Assembly: GCA_036383155.1 (NCBI GenBank)
Contig: DASVOW010000411.1
Span: forward strand, 1 to 40,700
Reading direction: 5' to 3'
From: Ktedonobacterales bacterium
GTDB lineage: Bacteria; Chloroflexota; Ktedonobacteria; Ktedonobacterales; JADMIN01
Length of the DNA stretch: 40,700 nt
Shown: positions 33,721 to 40,700 of the stretch, in pieces
Position numbering within the stretch: the first letter of the stretch is position 1
Layout of the letters: each line of letters opens with the position of its first letter
Translations under genes and position numbers: made by a program
The notes under the pieces: model-generated
Database searches by the model: none
What the model was told of the DNA's origin: nothing
What the model saw: only the letters and a program-made list of their open reading frames with translations

Positions 33721-35469
33721 TCAAGCCGTCTGGGTGTCGGCGGCCCCCTGCAAGCCTAGCTCGTCAATCGCCTGTTGGCGCATGATAAACTTCTGAATCT
33801 TACCCGTTACTGTCATAGGAAAGCTATCGACGAACTTCCAATATCGCGGAATCTTGAAGCTGGCAATCTGCCCTTGGCAGAACTGCTCCATCTCCTCCGG
33901 TGTCGCAGTCTGGCCCTCTTTCACCTTGACCCACGCCATCAGTTCCTCGCCATAGCGGGCATCTGGCACCCCGACAACCTGCACGTCGCTCACCTTAGGA
34001 TGAGAATAGAGGAACTCCTCGACCTCGCGCGGATAGATATTTTCGCCGCCCCTGATCACCATGTCTTTGAGACGCCCGACGATATTAGCGTAACCCTCCT
34101 CGTCCATCGTCGCCAGGTCGCCTGTGTGCATCCAACGAGCAGCGTCGATAGCCGTGCGCGTCGCCTCTTCATTAGCCCAATAGCCCAGCATCACCGAATA
34201 GCCGCGCGTCAGCAGTTCGCCCGGCACGCCCGTTGGCACTACCTGCCCCGTCGCCGGATCGACGATCTTCACCTCGACATGCGCATGCACCTGACCCACC
34301 GTGGCAACACGTCGCTCGACGGAATCATTCAGCCGCGACTGGAACGACACCGGGCTCGTTTCGGTCATGCCGTAGCAGATCTCCACCTCTCGCATATGCA
34401 TTTTGTCGATCACCTGACGCATTACCTCCACAGGGCACGGCGAGCCCGCCATGACCCCAGTGCGCAACGACGACAGATCATACTTCGCAAAGTCGGGATG
34501 TGCCAGCTCGGCGATGAACATGGTCGGCACACCATACAGCGACGTGCACCGCTCAGCTTCGACCGTCTCCAATACGGAAACAGGATCGAACGCCTCGGCG
34601 GGATAAATCATCGTCGCGCCGTGCGTCATGCAGCCCAGATTACCCATAACCATGCCAAAACAATGATAGAGGGGAACCGGAATACACAGACGGTCCTGCT
34701 CGGTAAATCCCTGCAGTCGCGCAACGAAATAGCCGTTGTTGAGAATGTTGTGGTGGCTCAGCGTCGCCCCCTTGGGGTTGCCCGTCGTGCCGCTGGTGTA
34801 CTGGATGTTGATCGGGTCGTCAAACTCTTGCTCCGCCTGCCGCGCTTCCAGAGCTTCCGCTGACACCTCCTTGGCGCGCTCCAAAATCTCACCCCAGACC
34901 CACATTCCCGGCGCGCGCCCCTCACCCAAGCGGATGACGTTGCGTAGATGAGGAATGCGGTGAGCATCGAGTTTACCCGGTACGAGACGCTCCAGCTCAG
35001 GGCAGAGCGTCAGCAGCATTGCGGTGTAATCTGTGGTGCGGAAGTTCGGCGCAAGCACCAATGTGTTACAGCCCGATTGATTGAGGGCGTATTCCAGCTC
35101 ATGCAAACGATAGGCCGGGTTGATGTTAACCAGAATTGCGCCGATCTTGGCGGTAGCAAACTGTGTGATCGCCCACTCAACCCGGTTGGGAGACCAGATA
35201 CCGACACGGTCCCCTTTGCGAATGCCGAGGGCGAGCAACCCGCGTGCGAAGCGGTCCACCTCTTCGCGCAGTCCGGCCCAAGTATAGCGGAGATTCTGCT
35301 GGCGCGAAACAAGCGCCTCTCGGTCAGGCAACCGAGCGACGGTCTTGTCGAAGGCGTCGCCAATAGTCATGCCAAGCAATGGGGTATCGCTTGTACCGCT
35401 CGTGTAGCTCCACGTGATCGCGCTACGATCCAACAGCTGCGTCGTTCGTTCGATCTGCGCCTGCGTCAT
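33721..35469 (-). CDS. AMP-forming acyl-CoA synthetase (FadD-like)
   Basis: [37 protein letters not shown] and [20 protein letters not shown] adenylate-forming signatures. GGGAGG lies upstream of ATG 35469. The track ORF adds 6 codons. Confidence 0.9.
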   Translation of the reverse strand: MTQAQIERTTQLLDRSAITWSYTSGTSDTPLLGMTIGDAFDKTVARLPDREALVSRQQNLRYTWAGLREEVDRFARGLLALGIRKGDRVGIWSPNRVEWAITQFATAKIGAILVNINPAYRLHELEYALNQSGCNTLVLAPNFRTTDYTAMLLTLCPELERLVPGKLDAHRIPHLRNVIRLGEGRAPGMWVWGEILERAKEVSAEALEARQAEQEFDDPINIQYTSGTTGNPKGATLSHHNILNNGYFVARLQGFTEQDRLCIPVPLYHCFGMVMGNLGCMTHGATMIYPAEAFDPVSVLETVEAERCTSLYGVPTMFIAELAHPDFAKYDLSSLRTGVMAGSPCPVEVMRQVIDKMHMREVEICYGMTETSPVSFQSRLNDSVERRVATVGQVHAHVEVKIVDPATGQVVPTGVPGELLTRGYSVMLGYWANEEATRTAIDAARWMHTGDLATMDEEGYANIVGRLKDMVIRGGENIYPREVEEFLYSHPKVSDVQVVGVPDARYGEELMAWVKVKEGQTATPEEMEQFCQGQIASFKIPRYWKFVDSFPMTVTGKIQKFIMRQQAIDELGLQGAADTQTA

Positions 35470-35894
35470 CGGGGACCTCCCACACATGTGAATGCCATGT
35501 CGCCAAGGTCGTCAGCGTCGTCAAGGTCATCGCCACCGATATGCCGCAATGCCTGCCCTCGTAGAAGAGTACCAGAGCGGCACCTACCCATCACGTAGTA
35601 CTGCAAACCACCCACGCGGTACGCAAATTATACACGTTTTACGCCGGACGCGTTCTATGCCCGAGGCGACTACATCTCCGGCTGGTTGGAGGAGGCACGG
35701 CTAGCGAAAATCGAGCGATTGTAGCTGTGCATGAGCATGCGATGTAACCGAGCTAGTGCAATCATCTCTCAAGGCCTGAAATCTGCGGAGTAGACCTCTA
35801 AACGGCGCGCCTTCGACTGATAACATCAGCGCCAGCGCCTCGCGGACCAACGATCACCGGCCGCGTCGCAATAGACATCAACCGCTCTATACAC

Positions 35895-37022
35895 TTGATG
35901 GGATTCGAGGTCTCTACGATGGACCACAGCACTGCCATAGTGCCAGGCGTGCGGAAGATCGCGGTGCTGCGCGCCAATGCCTTGGGCGACTTGATATTCA
36001 CCCTCCCCGCGCTCGACGCCCTCCACAGCACCTATCCCGGCGCAGAGCTTGTGCTGCTCGGCCTATCATGGCATCACTCCTTTTTCGCGCAACGACCCAG
36101 TCCAGTAAACCGGGTGATCGTCACTCCGATCTACCAAGGCGTCCACGACGAGCCGGGCGGCGAGGAGAACCTAGCAGAGCAGGACGCCTTCTTCACCGCG
36201 ATGAAAGGCGAGCGATTCGACCTTGCAGTTCAGGTGCATGGTGGAGGTCGCTACTCCAATCCATTCGTCCGCCGCCTCAACGCACGCATGTCAATCGGAA
36301 GCAAATCGCCCGATGCTGCTCCACTCGATCGCTGGATACCGTATATCAGATATCACCTTGAAGTGTTGCGCATGCTCGAAGTAGTCAGCCTCGCCGGAGC
36401 AAAGGCGATGAACGATATCGAGCCACATATCATCGTGACTTCGGCCGATCTCGCCGAGTCCTATCGCATAGTGCCTGAGACGACGAGGCCCCTCGTGACA
36501 CTCCACCCCGGCGCGACTGATCAGGAGCGCATCTGGCCGGCCGAGCGGTTCGCGACCGTCGGCGACGCCATGGCGGCTACCGGCGCCCAGATCGTCATCA
36601 CCGGCACAGCGGGTGAGCGTGATCGCGTGCGTGCGGTGGCGGCTTGCATGCGCTCCGATGCGTGGGAGCTCGCCGGGCGTCTTTCCCTCAATGGATTAAC
36701 TGGGCTACTGGCACGCTCACAGGTCGTCGTGTCGAACGATACGGGGCCCCTCCACCTGGCCACGGCGGTAGGCACGGCTACAGTCGGCATCTACTGGTGC
36801 TTCAACTTCGTGACGATAGGTCCGATGACACAGGCCCGCCACCGCTCGGCAATTTCGTGGCGCGTCGCGTGTCCCGTCTGCGGCGTCGATCGTGCGCGAA
36901 CGAGCTGCGAGCATCACCCCTCGTTTGTGGCCGATATCCAGGCCGAGGAGGTTATCATGTCCGCCCTCGACCTGCTGACAGTCGAGCCGGCACAAGCCAT
37001 GCGGACGGACACGGCAACATAG
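35895..37022 (+). CDS. family-9 glycosyltransferase (heptosyltransferase-like)
   Basis: KIAVLRANALGDLIFTLPALDAL and VVSNDTGPLHLATAVGTATVGIY are the two GT9 signature segments. Possible starts are TTG 35895, or in-frame ATG 35898 or 35919. Confidence 0.8.
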   Translation: MMGFEVSTMDHSTAIVPGVRKIAVLRANALGDLIFTLPALDALHSTYPGAELVLLGLSWHHSFFAQRPSPVNRVIVTPIYQGVHDEPGGEENLAEQDAFFTAMKGERFDLAVQVHGGGRYSNPFVRRLNARMSIGSKSPDAAPLDRWIPYIRYHLEVLRMLEVVSLAGAKAMNDIEPHIIVTSADLAESYRIVPETTRPLVTLHPGATDQERIWPAERFATVGDAMAATGAQIVITGTAGERDRVRAVAACMRSDAWELAGRLSLNGLTGLLARSQVVVSNDTGPLHLATAVGTATVGIYWCFNFVTIGPMTQARHRSAISWRVACPVCGVDRARTSCEHHPSFVADIQAEEVIMSALDLLTVEPAQAMRTDTAT

Positions 37023-37077
37023 ACAATCCACTCCGACGGGGGACTAGACTACGGCACAGGGAGGAGAATATCCGCTC

Positions 37078-39297
37078 TTATCCCTGTGCGCGCTCCTGTG
37101 CCTCGCGGATCGCGGCCTCGAAGTGGCGCATCTCCACCTGCGGAGTGGTTGCCTTCGCTGTCGTCACCGGCAATGAGGAGTCCGCACTGCCCGCGCCGCG
37201 CGCCCGCAGCCACTCAGAGAGGGCGAGATTAGCAGCGCGACGACAGACAGCCTCGATGTCCGCGCCGCTGGCACCGCCAGTCTTGCGCGCGAGCGTATCG
37301 AACGAGACATTGGATGCCAACGGACGGCTCTGCGTATGGATGGCGAAGATCTGCTTACGCGCTTCACGGTCGGGCATTGGCAGCGTGAGCACGAGATCGA
37401 AGCGACCAGAGCGCAGCACGGCAGGATCGATCAACTCTGGCCGATTAGTCGCCCCGACCACAATCACTCCACGTCGTCCCTCGATGCCATCGAGCTCGGT
37501 GAGCAATTGACCGATCACGCGATCTGTCACACCAATCATGTCGACTCCGCGCGCGGGCGCGAGAGCGTCAAGCTCGTCGAGGAAGAGCACGCATGGTGCG
37601 ACCTGCCGTGCGCGGGCAAACGTCTCGCGCACGCCGCGCTCAGATTCGCCAACCCACTTGCTCATCAGCTCCGGCCCCTTCACGCTGATGAAATTGGCCT
37701 GGCATGCCGTCGCCAGCGCACGCGCGAGCAGCGTCTTGCCCGTTCCCGGCGGCCCACTCAACAGCACGCCATGTGTCGGGTCAAGATCCATCGCTGCATA
37801 CAATTCAGGGTAGCGAAGCGGCCACTCAATCGTCTCCGAAAGCGCACGCTTGATATCACCCAGTCCACCGATGGTATCCCAGCCAACGCGCGACAATTCG
37901 ACGGCTACCTCACGTGCTGCCGACGGCTCGATGCCGCGCAGCGCCTCCAGCATGTCGCTCATCGTCACTGTGAGCGTCAGCAGCTCCTCGGTGGAGATGC
38001 TCGCATGAGCAACCGTCGCGCGGGGGAAGCGCCGTCGCAGTGCTGCCATCGCCGCCTCTCGGCAGAGCGCCGCCAGATCCGCTCCCACGAAACCCGGCGT
38101 GATACGCGCCAGCTCAGAGAGATCCACATCGTGCGCCAGTGGCATATCGCGGCTGTGGATGCGCAGAATATCAAGTCGCCCTTGCATATCCGGCGCATGC
38201 AGATGGACCTCGCGGTCAAAGCGGCCTGGACGCCGAAGAGCGGGATCGAGAGCATCAGCTCGATTCGTCGCGCCCACGACCACCACCTGCCCCCGTGCGC
38301 TCAGCCCATCCATCAGCGTCAGAAGCTGCCCGACGACGCGCTTCTCCACCTCGCCCCAGACCTCCGAACGCTTGGGAGCGATTGCGTCGATCTCGTCCAG
38401 GAAGATGACACTCGGCGTGTTACGTTGCGCATCGGCGAAGATACGGCGGAGCTGCGCCTCGCTCTCGCCATAGAACTTATCGATCACTTCCGGCCCACTG
38501 ATGCTATAGAAGCGCGCGCTGCTTTCGGCAGCCACCGCGCGAGCAATCAACGTCTTGCCGGTCCCTGGTGGGCCATACAGCAACACACCCTTGGGCGCCT
38601 CGATGCCGAGTCTATCAAACAGCTCGGGATGCTTCAATGGCAGCTCGATGAGTTCGCGCACATGCTGAAGCTCGCGCCCCAGTCCACCGATATCCTCATA
38701 CGTGACCTCGCTCGTGCGCGGTGTCGCACCACCATTCGCCGCGCCGCGCGCCTGGAACCGCAGGCTCGTCCCATTCTCTAGCAGCACGGCGCTCGCGGGA
38801 TTCGTTGCCAGCACATAGAGCTCTCGCGCCGACACACCCATCCCCGGCACCCGCACGACATCGCCCGCCAGCACCGCCAGCCCCTTCAACGTCTGTGCCA
38901 CATGACGCAACTCAGCTTCGTTCAGTGCGACAGTACCATTCACCGGTACGAAGGCAGCGCTCACTGCGGGCTGGACTGTTGTTCGTGAGACATTCACCAG
39001 ATCACCAAGGGCAGCCCCGGCATTCTGGCGCACCAACCCTTCCATCGCGATATTCTGGGCATCCATCACCTGCATCGCCTGCGCACCCGGCGCATCGCTT
39101 GGCCAGGGATAAATGCGTGCCACAGTCGCGCGGTTGCCCTGGACATTGCGGATTCGAATCACATCACCGGCGGCACACTCCAACATATCGAATACCGGCG
39201 GGCCGACATATGCCACCCCGCGTGGCATGCCCACGCCTTCGACGACTGTCAGTTGCACTGCCGTGGTCGTATTAATGTCTTGTTCTGCGGTGCTCAT
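37078..39297 (-). CDS. CDC48/VCP-type double-ring AAA+ ATPase (Cpa/VAT-like)
   Basis: 739 aa. An N-terminal barrel-like domain (GDVIRIRNVQGNRATVARIY), then two AAA+ modules, each with Walker A GPPGTGKT. Walker B is IFLDEID and LFLDELD, with arginine-finger regions ALRRPGRFD and VLRSGRFD. Confidence 0.9.
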   Translation of the reverse strand: MSTAEQDINTTTAVQLTVVEGVGMPRGVAYVGPPVFDMLECAAGDVIRIRNVQGNRATVARIYPWPSDAPGAQAMQVMDAQNIAMEGLVRQNAGAALGDLVNVSRTTVQPAVSAAFVPVNGTVALNEAELRHVAQTLKGLAVLAGDVVRVPGMGVSARELYVLATNPASAVLLENGTSLRFQARGAANGGATPRTSEVTYEDIGGLGRELQHVRELIELPLKHPELFDRLGIEAPKGVLLYGPPGTGKTLIARAVAAESSARFYSISGPEVIDKFYGESEAQLRRIFADAQRNTPSVIFLDEIDAIAPKRSEVWGEVEKRVVGQLLTLMDGLSARGQVVVVGATNRADALDPALRRPGRFDREVHLHAPDMQGRLDILRIHSRDMPLAHDVDLSELARITPGFVGADLAALCREAAMAALRRRFPRATVAHASISTEELLTLTVTMSDMLEALRGIEPSAAREVAVELSRVGWDTIGGLGDIKRALSETIEWPLRYPELYAAMDLDPTHGVLLSGPPGTGKTLLARALATACQANFISVKGPELMSKWVGESERGVRETFARARQVAPCVLFLDELDALAPARGVDMIGVTDRVIGQLLTELDGIEGRRGVIVVGATNRPELIDPAVLRSGRFDLVLTLPMPDREARKQIFAIHTQSRPLASNVSFDTLARKTGGASGADIEAVCRRAANLALSEWLRARGAGSADSSLPVTTAKATTPQVEMRHFEAAIREAQERAQG

Positions 39298-39337
39298 GCC
39301 ACTTCGACGTTCTATTCAAAAGGAAGACTCACGCCGC

Positions 39338-39366
39338 TATGTACGGCATGAGTATGTACGGCATGA
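39338..39366. repeat. 15-bp-period tandem repeat x2 (TATGTACGGCATGA) in a divergent intergenic region
   Basis: TATGTACGGCATGA at 39338..39351 and 39353..39366, separated by one G. It lies 41-69 nt upstream of the CDC48-like start codon (39297, minus strand). Confidence 0.85.
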
Positions 39367-39454
39367 AGCGGTCCAAAGTTGCGCGATGCGCATCTGCGCA
39401 CACATAGGCAAGCTCTCTAAGATATCCTTTATTGAGAGCCATGAGCTTTGATAC

Positions 39455-39469
39455 TGGCACGTCTTGCCA
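39455..39469. promoter_or_regulatory. palindrome TGGCA-CGTCT-TGCCA (operator candidate)
   Basis: Read directly. It contains TGGCACGT and lies between the divergent CDC48-like and ABC ATPase genes. Confidence 0.3.
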
Positions 39470-39581
39470 GGTTCGAGTATGCTAACCTTGATGTCAGTAT
39501 TAGCATCGGTATAACCCATATCGTACTCGAAGCGTATACCCTTGGGTTTCGCTCACTCGCTATCTTTGTCGCTCGCCGCAG

Positions 39582-40358
39582 ATGTCAGAAAGGCTCCTCC
39601 TCCTCATGGAAACATCACCGAACCTCAATATGCCTCTTGCTGGAACCTCGACGGCACCAGCGGCGTTGGAGACGATCGACATTACGAAATCGCTCCCACT
39701 CGGCCGCGAGCGCATCGACATCTTGAAGGGCATTTCAATCCGCATCGCCAAGGGCGAGTTGGTCGCCATCGTCGGCCCCTCCGGCTCTGGCAAGTCTACC
39801 CTCCTCGGCATCATCGCCGGGCTCGACAGCCCTACCAGTGGTCGCGTCCTTGTCGACGGCGTCGATATCACTCGCATGAGTGAGGCAAAGCTGGCCGCTG
39901 TACGCAACCAGAAGATCGGCATGGTCTTTCAGGCCTTCAACCTCATCCCCACACTGACTGCCCAGGAGAACGTCGAAGTTCCCCTGTATGTAGGCAAGCA
40001 TCCCGGCAGCCCATCAGCACGCGCCAAAGAGATCCTGACGCTGGTCGGGCTGGGCCATCGGCTGGGCAACAAACCCAACCAGCTCTCCGGCGGTGAGCAG
40101 CAGCGCGTCGCCGTCGCCCGCGCCCTCGCTACCAACCCGGCTATTGTGATTATGGATGAGCCTACCGGCAACCTCGACAAGAAGAATGGCGACAACGTCC
40201 TGCAGATGATCCGAGATCTCCGGGCGGCAACCGGCACCACATTTGTCATCGCCACCCATGACCCCAATGTCGCCAGTGCTGCTGACCGCGCTATCCGCAT
40301 CGTCGATGGCCGCGTGGAGGGAACCGGTGCCGAGGCGTTGGCCTCCGCGAATGCTTAG
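39582..40358 (+). CDS. ABC transporter ATP-binding protein (MacB/LolD/FtsE-like)
   Basis: Walker A GPSGSGKST, Q-loop MVFQAFNL, signature LSGGEQQRVAVARA and Walker B IVIMDEPTGNLD. In-frame ATG 39606 is an alternative start. Confidence 0.9.
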   Translation: MSERLLLLMETSPNLNMPLAGTSTAPAALETIDITKSLPLGRERIDILKGISIRIAKGELVAIVGPSGSGKSTLLGIIAGLDSPTSGRVLVDGVDITRMSEAKLAAVRNQKIGMVFQAFNLIPTLTAQENVEVPLYVGKHPGSPSARAKEILTLVGLGHRLGNKPNQLSGGEQQRVAVARALATNPAIVIMDEPTGNLDKKNGDNVLQMIRDLRAATGTTFVIATHDPNVASAADRAIRIVDGRVEGTGAEALASANA

Positions 40359-40433
40359 GCCGGGGTGGATCTTATCCTCCTTGCAACCCTCTCTCCTACT
40401 CATAACAACCAACGATAACCAGTCGGAGGCTAT

Positions 40434-40700
40434 ATGAAGCGGCTCGGCATGTATTGGAAGTATGCCACGCGCTCGTTACTGCGTGGCGGGCAACACACGC
40501 TGCTGGCGATCTTCTGTGTGGCGGTGGGTGTCATGGCCATCGTCGCGTTGCAGCTCGTCGGAAACATGGTCAACAACGCGCTCACCGGTAACATCCGTGA
40601 GGGCAACGGCGGTGATCTCGCGATAACCAGCGACATCACACCGTTTTCATCAGACCAGCTTACTACCTTCGATCAGCTCACATTGCAGGGCACACTCACA
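40434..40700 (+). CDS. ABC transporter permease, FtsX/MacB-type, N-terminal fragment (runs off the window)
   Basis: Not in the ORF track because no stop is reached. ATG 40434 has GGAGG 4 nt upstream. MKRLGMYWKYATRSLLRGGQHTLLAIFCVAVGVMAIVALQLVG is the typical first helix of FtsX-like permeases. The frame stays open to the window end. Confidence 0.7.
   Translation, partial: MKRLGMYWKYATRSLLRGGQHTLLAIFCVAVGVMAIVALQLVGNMVNNALTGNIREGNGGDLAITSDITPFSSDQLTTFDQLTLQGTLT

Noticed and set aside
33775-34863. 362-aa ORF on the plus strand
   Set aside because: It is antisense to the acyl-CoA synthetase gene, with Arg/His-rich shadow-frame composition and no domain signature.
36644-37510. 288-aa ORF spanning the GT9 3' end and the CDC48 3' end
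   Set aside because: It is out of frame within GT9 and antisense to the CDC48-like gene. It is Arg/Pro/Ser-rich with no motif.
37336-38781. 481-aa ORF on the plus strand
   Set aside because: It is antisense to the CDC48-like ATPase gene. The composition is Arg/His-rich and low in complexity, with no Walker or other motif, so it is a shadow ORF.
39455-39469. TGGCACGTCTTGCCA as a canonical sigma-54 promoter
   Set aside because: GG and GC are separated by 8 nt rather than the required 10, and the sequence is a perfect inverted repeat. It is kept only as an operator-like palindrome and as a member of the TGGCACGT motif set.
39465-39485. GGTTCGAG resembling a tRNA T-arm
   Set aside because: No flanking complementary stem, acceptor stem or anticodon arm can be drawn. 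I found no tRNA cloverleaf anywhere in the window by eye.

Overview
GC-rich, gene-dense bacterial chromosomal window with about 33 protein-coding genes on both strands and one decayed pseudogene. I recognise no rRNA, tRNA, CRISPR array, transposase or integrase by eye. Recognisable content: four MFS transporters; two ABC systems (a fused exporter, and a MacB/FtsX-type ATPase plus permease running off the right edge); three sigma factors (a 612-aa ECF-like sigma with a zf-HC2 anti-sigma, a second ECF sigma with a Rieske-domain membrane partner, and sigma-54/rpoN); housekeeping genes (panD, comM/yifB-type ATPase, DUF59 Fe-S factor, NUDIX); a co-directional sugar cluster (GH4 glycosidase, class I xylose isomerase, epimerase, IMPase-like phosphatase); an acyl-CoA synthetase / NHL-propeller membrane protein / MFS operon; a GT9 glycosyltransferase; and a CDC48-type double AAA+ ATPase. 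The protein signatures suggest a Chloroflexota- or Actinomycetota-like organism, but that is inference only. Best candidates for something undescribed: (1) a translationally coupled mini-HNH nuclease plus six-helix membrane protein followed by a DUF3800-like gene (19863..21954); (2) the ECF sigma / Rieske anti-sigma-like pair, which has a near-consensus sigma-54 -24/-12 element in front of the Rieske gene and rpoN next door (16459..19640), together with a recurring intergenic TGGCACGT motif; (3) the giant sigma factor whose acidic tail carries three ARxVPVLT repeats conserved at peptide level but not at DNA level; (4) the NHL-propeller operon. Several perfect or near-perfect short tandem duplications sit in promoter and leader regions. 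All calls come from reading motifs in the translations and the DNA. No database search or alignment was run, so all family names are motif-level assignments.
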